DNA of 56,521 nt, taken from the NCBI GenBank assembly GCA_036128775.1, contig JAYYPZ010000014.1:1-56521 (forward strand), given 5' to 3'. The notes beneath the pieces were generated by a model. That model searched no databases, was not told where the DNA came from, and saw only the letters and a program-made list of their open reading frames with translations. The position numbers were made by a program, and so were the translations under genes. Source of the stretch: Bacteroidota bacterium. GTDB taxonomy: Bacteria > Bacteroidota > Bacteroidia > Chitinophagales > UBA8649. Position 1 is the stretch's first letter. Each line of letters begins with the position of its first letter. Below are positions 38,556 to 48,573 of the stretch, piece by piece.

Positions 38556-41207
38556 ATGAGATTTAACCTTGTACACGTCGTATCGTTTTCTATTCTTTTG
38601 GCATTTCTGTCCTCGTGTAAAACAGGAAAGGATGTTTATTCCTGGGAATATGAAGTTTTGTATCCGACAGAAGGCGATGACTTTTATTACGATGATGAGG
38701 AGGATTATATGCCTCCTGTCAAGGAAAACTTTCAGTCCTCTGCCACTCGGCACTGGGATCTCCTTCATACCCGGCTAGACATTGGCTTTGATATGGAAAT
38801 GGAATACGTTCTAGGTGAGGCGGAACTCACCCTAACCCCGTATTTCTACAGTCAAAATGAAGTTGTCTTGGATGCGAAAGGAATGGACCTTCATGGGATT
38901 ATGGTAAACGATAAAGAGGCATTTTTTAACTATGACGGTCAACAGGTAACCATACTATTAGAAGAGGAGGTTTCTCGAGGGGAGAATATCACGATAGTCG
39001 TGGAGTATACTGCAAAGCCTTCGGAATTGGAAATGAATACGGCCTCTGATGCGATTGAGGATGATCGCGGGCTATATTTTATTAATGCACGGGGAGAAGA
39101 TCCCAATAAACCTACACAGATTTGGACTCAAGGAGAGCCCGAATCAAATTCCGTCTGGTTTCCTACAATTGATAAACCCAATGAACGCTGTACTCAAGAG
39201 GTTTTTGTAACAGTTGACAATCGTTTTGTTACGCTATCGAATGGCTTGCTAGTCAATAGTAAAGAAAATGGTGATGGGACAAGAACAGATTATTGGAAGC
39301 AAGATTTACCGCATGCGCCCTATCTCTTTATGCTGAGTATTGGTGATTATGCCGTGGTAAAAGATACATGGCGGGATATTGACGTTCATTACTTCGTGGA
39401 ACATGAGTATGAGGATAATGCTCGAGGAATTTTCAAGAATACCCCTGAGATGTTGAGTTTTTTCTCCGATGTTTTGCGTTATGACTTTCCTTGGGACAAA
39501 TACCATCAGGTTGTAGTACGTGATTTTGTCTCGGGAGCAATGGAAAACACATCAGCTGTCATCTTTGGAGATTTTGTTCAGCAAACAGCCCGAGAACAAC
39601 TGGATGGAGACTTTGAGGATATTGTCTCCCATGAGCTTTTTCATCATTGGTTTGGGGACTTAGTAACCTGCGAGTCTTGGGCGAATATCCCACTCAATGA
39701 ATCCTTTGCTACCTATGGCGAGGTTATGTGGAGAGAGCATAAATACGGTGCTGATGATGCCGACTTTAAACGGTTAGATGATCGGTTATCCTATTTTGAC
39801 GAGGCACAAAGTAAGCAGGTTGATCTTATTCGTTATGATCATGATTTGCCAGGCGATATGTTCGATCGACATTCCTATGAAAAGGGTGGTGCCATCCTGC
39901 ACATGCTTCGTGCAGAAGTAGGTGATGAGGCCTTCTATACGGCCCTCAATAAGTATTTAGTTGACAATGCTTATTCTGACGTTGAAATCCATGAGTTACG
40001 TATGGCTTTTGAGGATGTAACAGGTAGAGATTTTATGCCTTTTTTCAACCAATGGTTTTTTGCATCAGGGCATCCTATTGTGGAGTATTCTATAAGTCAT
40101 ACCTATGACGATTATGGTGAGCCTGTAACCGATCTAACATTCACTCAATATGCCTCGGCGGAGGATACATTGTTATACAACCTTTCAATTCCTTATGCTA
40201 TCTATTCAGAGGCATCTGGTGAGTATGAAATGAGTACATTTTTCTTGGAGGATTATATGGATTGGGTTTTCCTAAATGGCCACAATGATATTCTTATAGA
40301 TCCAAGAGGTGAATTGTTAGTTGAGTGGGACCAATACACGGGATATAATGCCAGTCATATTCCAATGTATATGAATCAAATGACAAATGCTCCTTGGGCT
40401 TATGCTCGTTTTAAGGCCTTCAACAAGCTCTACTTTAACATATATGATGATGACTCGTTAAATATGTTTTATGCAGTCGGATTAAAGGATGCATTTCATA
40501 AGAATCGACTCAATGTGCTTGAGTCAATGAATGAGTCAGTAGGCTACGCTGTGGAGTTTGACGCCGATCCAAGCAATCTTTTTTCCTCTGAAGTACTTGC
40601 TTTAGTTCAAGGTCTGGCGACAAGTGATTCAAACTATGCAGTGCAGGCAGAGGCATTAAAGGTTCTTGTAGCTGTCGACGCGAACGCACACCGAGACTTT
40701 TTTACCAAAGCGTTGTCTTCTCCTTCTATTGCAGTTACTGCGGAAGCCATGATGGCCATGGCAGATATTGATTTGGATAAAGCACTACCGTATGCTGAAA
40801 AAGAACAGAATACAACAAATTACACCATGCTAGATGCTGTGGGTACAATCTATGCGCAAAGCCGTGATGCAAAGTATCAGGACTACTTTGAAAATTATGT
40901 CAATGGTGAAAATGGCGAGTACCAGACATACTACGCTATGTATTATTATTCTAAACTACTTGCAGGGCTTGATCGTGACGCGGTTATGCGCGGTCTAGAT
41001 TTTTTCGAGTACTATCTAAATAATGCGAGTGGTGAATATGTAAGTAATGTAGCATTAAGCGGAATGGATCGAGTGGCAGCCGGCCTAAATGAGCGACAAG
41101 CGGAAGGTGAGTTGATTGAATGGATGCCAGAAGTTGATGCCCGCATCGCAGCAATAAGTAATGCCTACTTTGGCTTTGAGGACGACGGGGGAGTAGAAGC
41201 TGAGTAA
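38556..41207 (+). CDS. M1 family metallopeptidase (aminopeptidase N-like) lipoprotein
   Basis: Lipobox LAFLSSC, the GAMEN exopeptidase motif, HELFHHWFG-x18-E zinc site, and a long helical C-terminal domain. Confidence 0.9.
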   Translation: MRFNLVHVVSFSILLAFLSSCKTGKDVYSWEYEVLYPTEGDDFYYDDEEDYMPPVKENFQSSATRHWDLLHTRLDIGFDMEMEYVLGEAELTLTPYFYSQNEVVLDAKGMDLHGIMVNDKEAFFNYDGQQVTILLEEEVSRGENITIVVEYTAKPSELEMNTASDAIEDDRGLYFINARGEDPNKPTQIWTQGEPESNSVWFPTIDKPNERCTQEVFVTVDNRFVTLSNGLLVNSKENGDGTRTDYWKQDLPHAPYLFMLSIGDYAVVKDTWRDIDVHYFVEHEYEDNARGIFKNTPEMLSFFSDVLRYDFPWDKYHQVVVRDFVSGAMENTSAVIFGDFVQQTAREQLDGDFEDIVSHELFHHWFGDLVTCESWANIPLNESFATYGEVMWREHKYGADDADFKRLDDRLSYFDEAQSKQVDLIRYDHDLPGDMFDRHSYEKGGAILHMLRAEVGDEAFYTALNKYLVDNAYSDVEIHELRMAFEDVTGRDFMPFFNQWFFASGHPIVEYSISHTYDDYGEPVTDLTFTQYASAEDTLLYNLSIPYAIYSEASGEYEMSTFFLEDYMDWVFLNGHNDILIDPRGELLVEWDQYTGYNASHIPMYMNQMTNAPWAYARFKAFNKLYFNIYDDDSLNMFYAVGLKDAFHKNRLNVLESMNESVGYAVEFDADPSNLFSSEVLALVQGLATSDSNYAVQAEALKVLVAVDANAHRDFFTKALSSPSIAVTAEAMMAMADIDLDKALPYAEKEQNTTNYTMLDAVGTIYAQSRDAKYQDYFENYVNGENGEYQTYYAMYYYSKLLAGLDRDAVMRGLDFFEYYLNNASGEYVSNVALSGMDRVAAGLNERQAEGELIEWMPEVDARIAAISNAYFGFEDDGGVEAE

Positions 41208-41224
41208 TAGAAAGTGATTAAAAG

Positions 41225-41251
41225 TAAAAAGGGGGCAAACGCCCCCTTTTT
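41225..41251. terminator. Bidirectional rho-independent terminator
   Basis: A5-GGGGGC-AAAC-GCCCCC-T6 between the convergent M1 peptidase and DUF1573 genes. Confidence 0.85.
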
Positions 41252-41276
41252 TATTTGATGTGTAGTGAATTAGTAA

Positions 41277-41690
41277 CTACTGCTCTACAGTGCCTTTAAT
41301 CGTTAGGCGAACTGTTTTAGATTCTCCATTGTAGGTATAGTTTACGGTTACGTTTTTAGTAAATGGACCCACACGATTTACGTCGTACTTCACTTTGATT
41401 TCTCCTGTTGCCCCTGGCATAACGGGTGCATCGGGACATTTTGGAACAGTACATCCACACGATCCTTTGCAGTTACTAATGATAACAGGGCTATTTCCTT
41501 TGTTGGTGAAGGTGAAGAGTCTAGTTGCTGCATCTTGATCACCTTTTGTAACGGTGCCATAATCGATGGTCATCGATTCGAAGACAAGAACTTCTTCCTC
41601 TCCTTCAGATACCAGGTTGAGGTCTGTAGCCTGAGCTTGCGCTGTTGAGAACATAACAACAGCGGCGAAAAGTAGCGATAAATATTTCAT
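41277..41690 (-). CDS. DUF1573 domain-containing secreted protein
   Basis: Signal peptide, and FTFTNKGNSPVIISNCKGSCGCTVP, the hallmark of DUF1573. Confidence 0.75.
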   Translation of the reverse strand: MKYLSLLFAAVVMFSTAQAQATDLNLVSEGEEEVLVFESMTIDYGTVTKGDQDAATRLFTFTNKGNSPVIISNCKGSCGCTVPKCPDAPVMPGATGEIKVKYDVNRVGPFTKNVTVNYTYNGESKTVRLTIKGTVEQ

Positions 41691-41793
41691 GTTAAATTTT
41701 TAGTCAAGTGGTCTTTTCAAACTTTGTGCCAAATAACGAAGAATTCATTGATATTCCCAATGCTTTTGTGTAAATGGTCTGTGAAAGTTTTTA

Positions 41794-41821
41794 GGAAACT
41801 TTATGAACAAAAAAAGTTTCC
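41794..41821. promoter_or_regulatory. Perfect inverted repeat GGAAACTTT-N10-AAAGTTTCC, candidate TetR operator
   Basis: 9-bp arms at 41794-41802 and 41813-41821, about 30 nt upstream of the tetR ATG at 41852. A third half-site-like copy (GAAAGTTT) sits at 41783-41790. Confidence 0.5.
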
Positions 41822-41851
41822 ATCGTGTTATCTTCGCATCACGATTGCAAA

Positions 41852-42499
41852 ATGTCTTCGTTAAAAACTGAACATAGTCCCGTAGTGAGTCGCATTCTTC
41901 TCACCGCAAAGAGCGATTTCATGCGCTTTGGCTTCAAGTCAATCAGCATGGATGATTTAGCAGAACGGTGCGGAGTTTCTAAGAAAACGCTCTATGAAAA
42001 TTTTTCGAGTAAGGAGACATTGATCAATGCAACGCTAGCATTGCACTTTGATGATCACGTGAAGCAACTTGAGCAAGTGCGAAATTCAAGCGAAAATGCG
42101 GTGGATGAGTTACTTGGTCAATTTGATATTGTTTCTAATGATTTACAATCCTTAAAAGCTGGTGTACTGTATGAACTTGAAAAGTACTACCACAACAGTT
42201 GGAAGATTTTCGAGGAGTTTAGGTCGAGTAAGGTCACTAAATATTGTTTGCAAAATTTAGAACGAGGGAAACGCGAAGGCCTTTATCGAAAGAATATCAA
42301 TAACCGAGTTATACTCTATCTCTATCTGCACAATATTGATGCGGTGATGCACGAAGAGCGCGGTGTACTTGATGAAGTCCCCATTTACCTTCGATTTAAA
42401 GAGACCCTCTCTTATCATCTTCACGGCATACTAAACGCGAAAGGGTGGGACTACCTGCGAACTCAACAAAATGAATTAATTGATGAAACCGTTTTATAA
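41852..42499 (+). CDS. TetR/AcrR family transcriptional regulator
   Basis: N-terminal HTH: ILLTAKSDFMRFGFKSISMDDLAERCGVSKKTLYENFSSKE. The ATG at 41852 is preferred over the track GTG at 41825, which abuts the palindrome. Confidence 0.85.
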   Translation: MSSLKTEHSPVVSRILLTAKSDFMRFGFKSISMDDLAERCGVSKKTLYENFSSKETLINATLALHFDDHVKQLEQVRNSSENAVDELLGQFDIVSNDLQSLKAGVLYELEKYYHNSWKIFEEFRSSKVTKYCLQNLERGKREGLYRKNINNRVILYLYLHNIDAVMHEERGVLDEVPIYLRFKETLSYHLHGILNAKGWDYLRTQQNELIDETVL

Positions 42500-43826
42500 G
42501 ATTACAGCACTAACCTTAATCCTCTGCTGTTGCTTTGACCCCAATGCAATCGCTCAAGATACGCTGCATTTAACCCTGGAAAGTGCCCAAGAGATTGCCG
42601 TTGCTCAAAGTATTGATGTGCAATACACAAAGATGGATGCGCAGATTCTGCGCTACGAGGCTGATGAAGTGATGACAGAAGGCTTCCCTAAGATTAACGC
42701 CAACCTTGACTACAATTGGAATTTTCAACAGCAGGTCAATGTAATCCCTGAAAACTCATTTTTCCCAGGCTCGCCAAGCGCTGAGGCGATTTTTACTCAG
42801 CCTCATGCAGCAACGGCCAAAGCCGAGCTCAATCAACTTGTGTTTGATGCACGCTATCTCTATGGGCTACAGGCGAGAAAATCCATCTTGAATATGGCGG
42901 ATGCCCGCGAGAAACTAAGTGAGAAAAACATAAAAGATGTTTTCCCTCCTGCCTATCTACAGTGTTTGTATATCCGGGAGTTTATTCAACAATTGGAGGC
43001 GAGTCGCACCCTGCTTCAAGAAGGATTAGATCTAAATCAAAAGCTTTATGATGAGGGCTTAGGGGAATCGCTAACCCTAGATCGTTTAACATTGAGTATT
43101 GATCAAATCAATACCCAAATTGATTACGCGGAAGTCAATCTATTCAATGCTATGGCTAATTTGCGATATGTCATGAATATCGAGCCAGATGCTGTGCTAT
43201 TTCTAGAGGACAGCATCCAGCACTATGCCGAAGAAAGCTTAGATCACTTAGCGACCTATCAGTATACCAGTTTGCCCGAGTACCGGGTTCTTGAGATTAA
43301 TGACCAATTGAGGTTTTATGATATTGCCCAGGCACGCGCTCAACTTTATCCAAGTATCTACTTGTTTGGTTATTATGGGGTGCTTGCCCAGCGTTCGAGT
43401 TTTTCCTTTTTTAAGGCGGGGTCAGACTACCGATGGTTTGATTTCGGAACTCTAGGATTTACGGTAAACATTCCAATCTATGATGGGAGTACTGCAAAAA
43501 TGCAAATTCAGCAAAGAGAACTTCGTAGAAGCCAAAATCAATTGGATATGGAACGTCTACAAAAGGGATTTGATATCGGACTAGTGACCACTTCAAATGA
43601 AATTGACAATGCGCAGAGTCAGCTTGATCAAGCCATGGAAAACTATGCATTAAGTGAGAAGATTTATAGCCGTGAAAACGCATTGTATATGGAAGGCTTA
43701 GGGTCTTCTTTTGCTCTTATATCCGCGCAACAGGACATGATCGAAGCAGAAATAGACATACTAGAAAAAACATATCAATTGGCCATCGCCAAGTTTAACT
43801 GGAAACAAAAAAGAGGTATTTTATGA
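42483..43826 (+). CDS. TolC family outer-membrane efflux protein
   Basis: Signal peptide, then two repeated coiled-coil/beta OEP-type halves. It overlaps the tetR 3' end by 17 nt. Confidence 0.85.
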   Translation: MKPFYKITALTLILCCCFDPNAIAQDTLHLTLESAQEIAVAQSIDVQYTKMDAQILRYEADEVMTEGFPKINANLDYNWNFQQQVNVIPENSFFPGSPSAEAIFTQPHAATAKAELNQLVFDARYLYGLQARKSILNMADAREKLSEKNIKDVFPPAYLQCLYIREFIQQLEASRTLLQEGLDLNQKLYDEGLGESLTLDRLTLSIDQINTQIDYAEVNLFNAMANLRYVMNIEPDAVLFLEDSIQHYAEESLDHLATYQYTSLPEYRVLEINDQLRFYDIAQARAQLYPSIYLFGYYGVLAQRSSFSFFKAGSDYRWFDFGTLGFTVNIPIYDGSTAKMQIQQRELRRSQNQLDMERLQKGFDIGLVTTSNEIDNAQSQLDQAMENYALSEKIYSRENALYMEGLGSSFALISAQQDMIEAEIDILEKTYQLAIAKFNWKQKRGIL

Positions 43827-44911
43827 GAACATATGTAGTATATCCTATCGTACTCTGCCTAATAGGCTTTATTGGATGTGGCCAAGATAAAGGAGCAGAC
43901 AAAAGTCAGGAGGGCACATCACAAAACGAAGTGGCCTTAGATGCCTCTAAAATATTTGTTACTCTTATAGAGGTTGAGCTAACCGACCCTTCGGATTCCG
44001 TGCGTTTAGTTGGAGCCTCCTCTTCGCCTAATATTATTGAACTGTCGACAGATATGGCAGGCTTGATTAAATCCATTTCGGTGGACGAGGGGCAGAAAGT
44101 TCGAAAAGGTCAAACCATAGCCAATCTAGATAACTCATTAATCCGAGCGGAGATCAATACCCTAGAAACCCAATTGAATTTGGCTCAAGTTGCTTTTGAA
44201 AAGCAGGAGCGTCTATATAACCAAGATGTGACTACTGAAATTCAATATCTCGAAGCAAAGAATAATAAAGAAGTATTGGAGAGTAGCATTGCCTCTTTAA
44301 AAACGCGAATTGGAAAAAATAAGGTAACTACCCCAATCTCTGGAGTGGTTGATAAGGTCTATGCTACAGTTGGCAATGTGGCTAGTCCCGGATTCCCAAT
44401 TGCACGTATTGTCAATTTTACAGAAATGGAAGTAGCCATGGATATTCCCGAGACGTATATCAGTCAAGTAAAAGAAGGGGATACGATGGCCGTCTATTTT
44501 CCTACAATTGATTTAGAGCGAATCGCCATTGTAGGGTATATGAGTCAGGTCATTAATCCTACCAATAGAACGGTGAATGTTTTACTGAAAGTAGATAATA
44601 AAGACAATCTTATCAAGCATAATATGCTAGCAGAGATTCGTATGAATCAATATACTAAAGGACCTAGCCTCTTTGTCCCTGAACAGTTGGTCCAGCAAGA
44701 AAATGATGAATATTTCATCTACCTCGCAAATGCTTTGGAGGATGATACGTCAAGTGGCTATGAGGTGATTAAGCAAGGAGTTCTGCTTGGCGTTAGTCTA
44801 GGAGGACTAAGGGAAATACGAGAAGGTCTATCTGTCGGAGACTTAGTGATTTCGGAAAACTATAGAGGAGTGGACGAAGGAGATAGAGTCTATCTAAGTC
44901 CACGAAACTAA
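43823..44911 (+). CDS. Efflux RND periplasmic adaptor subunit (HlyD/MFP family) lipoprotein
   Basis: Lipobox IGFIGC, a lipoyl-like hairpin (GQKVRKGQTIANLD...VTTPISGVVDKV), and a coiled coil. An ATGA overlap links it to the tolC-like stop. Confidence 0.85.
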   Translation: MRTYVVYPIVLCLIGFIGCGQDKGADKSQEGTSQNEVALDASKIFVTLIEVELTDPSDSVRLVGASSSPNIIELSTDMAGLIKSISVDEGQKVRKGQTIANLDNSLIRAEINTLETQLNLAQVAFEKQERLYNQDVTTEIQYLEAKNNKEVLESSIASLKTRIGKNKVTTPISGVVDKVYATVGNVASPGFPIARIVNFTEMEVAMDIPETYISQVKEGDTMAVYFPTIDLERIAIVGYMSQVINPTNRTVNVLLKVDNKDNLIKHNMLAEIRMNQYTKGPSLFVPEQLVQQENDEYFIYLANALEDDTSSGYEVIKQGVLLGVSLGGLREIREGLSVGDLVISENYRGVDEGDRVYLSPRN

Positions 44912-44938
44912 TCGATCATCTTTCGCTAAAGTGAATTC

Positions 44939-47900
44939 ATGAAGGATATGAAGCAAAAAGAAAAGGGCCTTTCGTCAAAGGCCTTGGCAAAAGTCAAGGA
45001 ATTTAGTTTAACTAGTCTCTCGGTAGATAACCGGACGAGTGTGCTCATTCTAATGGGTATTATCTTTTTTGCAGGCCTCATGGCTTATCGGGCAATGCCT
45101 AAGGAGCAATATCCGGAAATCAATCAACCCACCGTATATGTTGGGATTCCCTATCCTGGTAATGCACCGCTTGACATTGAAAATCAAATTACAAGAGAGG
45201 TCGAGAAAGAGATAAGTCAGATTAATGGGATTGACAACATTAAGTCATATTGTGTTCAGGATTACACAACAACCGTAGTTGAATTCAATTTTGATGTTGA
45301 TGTCAATGATGCGCTTCAGGAGGTTAAGGATGCCGTTGATCGAGCAGAAGGTAATTTCCCAAGTGACTTTGACCAACAAGCCAATATTTTCAAGCTCGAC
45401 TTTTCCGAGATTCCTGTGATTACGGTCAACCTTTCTTCCAATACGCTATCACTGGATGATTTAAAGGGATTTGGAGAATACTTACAAGATGAGTTTGAGG
45501 CATTGCGTGAGATTTCTGAAGTAGAGATCAATGGAGTCCAAGAACAGGAGGTCCTTATCGCGCTTGATCCTAAGCGCATGAACGACGTGGGCCTTACTTT
45601 TTATGATGTGGAGCAGGCTATCGGTCGAGAGAACATAACCATTTCGGCGGGGGACCTATTAACCGGTGGTTTGCGTCGCACGGTACGGATCGTTGGTGAG
45701 TTTGACGAAGCAGAGGCCTTTGGCGATATCGTTGTCAAGTCGGAGTTTCAGAAAACAGTCTACCTACGGGATATTGCTGATATCGATTTACAGTATATGG
45801 ATAATACATCCTATGCTCGAATTGATGGGTCGAATGTCGTATCGCTTGCGGTTAAAAAGAAAACGGGTGAAAACTTAATCTCTGCAGTTGACAAGATTAA
45901 TCGGATTATAGCCTCTTACAAGTCAAGTGCTGACTATCCCGAATCACTGGATATTACAACAACCGCGGATACCTCTCGCGTGACAAAATCCCAAGTGGCC
46001 AACTTGGAAAATAGCATCATATCCGGAGTGATTCTAGTCGTCTTGGTGCTTTTATTCTTTTTGGGATTACGAAATGCTTTCTTTGTCGGGATCGCCATTC
46101 CGTTAAGCATGCTCATGGGATTCTTGATATTGAGCTTAATGGGGGTAACCATGAATGTAGTGGTTCTTTTCGCCTTGATTCTGGCCCTTGGAATGTTGGT
46201 TGATAATGGAATCGTTGTCGTCGAGAATATCTATCGCTTAATGGCCGCTGGCAAACCTCCTATCCAAGCTGCAAAGCAGGGAGTGGGAGAAGTAGCGTGG
46301 CCAATCATCACTTCGACGGCCACAACACTTGCTGCGTTCTTTCCAATGATTTTTTGGCAGGGCATGATGGGAGAGTTTATGAAATACCTTCCGATTACCT
46401 TGATCATTGTGCTGACTTCTTCTTTGTTTGTCGCCTTGGTCATTAATCCTGTATTGACCTCCTTGTTTATGAAGATTGAACGTAGGGAGGATAAGCAAAG
46501 TCTTTGGTCAAAGAAATGGACCATTGTAGGCTTTGGGCTCGTCGGTATTTTGGTACATCTCTATGCCGCCTACGGGATGTCTACAGAACAAGCAGCAAGT
46601 GGACGAACATTTGCCAATCTTGCTTTATTAGTATCCCTCTTTACCCTGCTGAATACGCTTGTTTTAAGGCCACTTTCTCTAGGCTTTCAATATAAAGTAC
46701 TACCCTTTTTAGAGCGCAAGTATGAGGCATTGATTGCCTTTGTGCTGAAAGGATGGATGCCCTATCTCACACTCATAGGCATGTTTTTACTTTTCATTGG
46801 CTCTGGTGTTTTACTCCAAATGAGACAGCCTAATGTTATCTTTTTCCCGGAGCCAGAACCTAATATGGTCAATGTGTTTATCGAGTTTCCAACGGGAACC
46901 GATATCGATAAAACCGATAGCCTTGCTCATTTGGTTGAAGAGGAGATTATGACTGCACTTGCTCCCCATAACAATGTCATAGAGGCCGTTTTAACCAACG
47001 TTGGTGAGGGCACATCCGATCCCGGGGACCCGAACAGCGCAACACAACAAAGCGCTTCGCCAAACAAGGCTAAAATCACTATTTCATTTGTTGAATTTGC
47101 TGATCGTTATGTGCCTAAGCTTGATACTGCCGGCCAAGTCGTCCTTCATGAGGGCGACACTGTCTATCATTGGACAAGCACACGATCTATATTAGAAGAA
47201 GTTCGCCGTATCGTATATGGTCATCCAGGTGTTCAAATTACGGTGGATAAAGAGGCGAGTGGTCCTCCAGCAGGCCCCCCGATCAGTATATCCTTTGTCG
47301 GTGAAGATTTTGATAAACTCATAGCATTACAAAAGGAGGCGAAAAAGATCATCTTGAATGCTGGTATACAAGGTATTGAAGAGTTAAAGTCAGACTTGGA
47401 TATTGGAAAGCCCGAATTGCTTATTGAAGTTGATCGTGATGCAGCCAGGCGATTTGGACTGAGCACGGCTCAAATTGGTTCTAACTTGAGGACGGCTCTT
47501 TTTGGAAAGGACGTCGGCAAGTTTAAGGATGGCGAAGATGACTACCAAGTCACGTTGCGCTTTAATGATGAATATCGGTATGATCGCGAAGCACTCCTTG
47601 ATCAAACCATCACCTTCCGAGACCAAAGTGATGGAAAGGTTAAGTCTATTCCTATACGATCAGTGGTTAAAGAGTTAACCTTCTCATCCACTTATGGGTC
47701 AGTTCGCCGTAAGGATCAAAAGCGTCAGATCACACTGTATTCCAATGTGCTTGATGGGTATAATGCCAATAACATTATGCAGGAAATCGAGGCAACACTT
47801 GAAAATGAACTTGAGACTCCCAACGGATATCTTGTTGATTTCACAGGAGAACAGCAAGAACAAGAGGAATCTATGGAGTTTTTATCTACAGCCCTTCTTA

Positions 47901-48487
47901 TTGCTGTGGTCAGTATTTTCTTAATTATAGTCGCCCAGTTCAATTCCATCGCGGCGCCGATCATTATCATGCTTTCTGTATTATTTAGTCTCATCGGGGT
48001 ATTCCTTGGATTGGCTATTACCGGAGAGGATTTCTCGGTGATGATGACTATGATAGGAATTATTTCCTTAGCGGGGATTGTAGTGAACAATGCTATTGTA
48101 TTGATCGATTATACCAATTTGTTACGCAATCGAAAAAAACGTGATTTAGATCTAGAGAAGACCGATCGTCTGAGTGATCGAGATATTAAGCAAGCCATTA
48201 TCGAAGCCGGAAGAACAAGGCTTCGACCCGTTCTACTCACAGCGATAACCACTATACTTGGCCTGATCCCGCTGGCTATTGGATTTAACATCAATTTCTA
48301 TACGCTGTTAAGTGACATCAACCCCCAAATTTATCTTGGAGGGGATAATGTAGACTTCTGGGGGCCTATGTCAAGAGCGGTAATCTATGGATTGGTTTTT
48401 GCAACATTTTTGACCCTTGTTGTTGTCCCAACCATGGTGCTGCTTTTTGATAGACTAGGAGCTCGATTGCAACGTTTGACAAAGTAA
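44939..48487 (+). CDS. Efflux RND transporter permease subunit (AcrB/CzcA superfamily), 1182 aa
   Basis: Typical RND layout: TM1, a large periplasmic loop, then a TM bundle (GMLVDNGIVVVENI), repeated in the second half (AGIVVNNAIVLIDY). An extra ~75-aa hydrophobic insert lies between the halves. Confidence 0.92.
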   Translation: MKDMKQKEKGLSSKALAKVKEFSLTSLSVDNRTSVLILMGIIFFAGLMAYRAMPKEQYPEINQPTVYVGIPYPGNAPLDIENQITREVEKEISQINGIDNIKSYCVQDYTTTVVEFNFDVDVNDALQEVKDAVDRAEGNFPSDFDQQANIFKLDFSEIPVITVNLSSNTLSLDDLKGFGEYLQDEFEALREISEVEINGVQEQEVLIALDPKRMNDVGLTFYDVEQAIGRENITISAGDLLTGGLRRTVRIVGEFDEAEAFGDIVVKSEFQKTVYLRDIADIDLQYMDNTSYARIDGSNVVSLAVKKKTGENLISAVDKINRIIASYKSSADYPESLDITTTADTSRVTKSQVANLENSIISGVILVVLVLLFFLGLRNAFFVGIAIPLSMLMGFLILSLMGVTMNVVVLFALILALGMLVDNGIVVVENIYRLMAAGKPPIQAAKQGVGEVAWPIITSTATTLAAFFPMIFWQGMMGEFMKYLPITLIIVLTSSLFVALVINPVLTSLFMKIERREDKQSLWSKKWTIVGFGLVGILVHLYAAYGMSTEQAASGRTFANLALLVSLFTLLNTLVLRPLSLGFQYKVLPFLERKYEALIAFVLKGWMPYLTLIGMFLLFIGSGVLLQMRQPNVIFFPEPEPNMVNVFIEFPTGTDIDKTDSLAHLVEEEIMTALAPHNNVIEAVLTNVGEGTSDPGDPNSATQQSASPNKAKITISFVEFADRYVPKLDTAGQVVLHEGDTVYHWTSTRSILEEVRRIVYGHPGVQITVDKEASGPPAGPPISISFVGEDFDKLIALQKEAKKIILNAGIQGIEELKSDLDIGKPELLIEVDRDAARRFGLSTAQIGSNLRTALFGKDVGKFKDGEDDYQVTLRFNDEYRYDREALLDQTITFRDQSDGKVKSIPIRSVVKELTFSSTYGSVRRKDQKRQITLYSNVLDGYNANNIMQEIEATLENELETPNGYLVDFTGEQQEQEESMEFLSTALLIAVVSIFLIIVAQFNSIAAPIIIMLSVLFSLIGVFLGLAITGEDFSVMMTMIGIISLAGIVVNNAIVLIDYTNLLRNRKKRDLDLEKTDRLSDRDIKQAIIEAGRTRLRPVLLTAITTILGLIPLAIGFNINFYTLLSDINPQIYLGGDNVDFWGPMSRAVIYGLVFATFLTLVVVPTMVLLFDRLGARLQRLTK

Positions 48488-48573
48488 CGTGTCATAATTG
48501 CGTTAAGGGTCTTTATGGCCTCGACTCTCTTTTGTATCTTACAGGTACCGAACAAACAAAACGAACAGTATTT

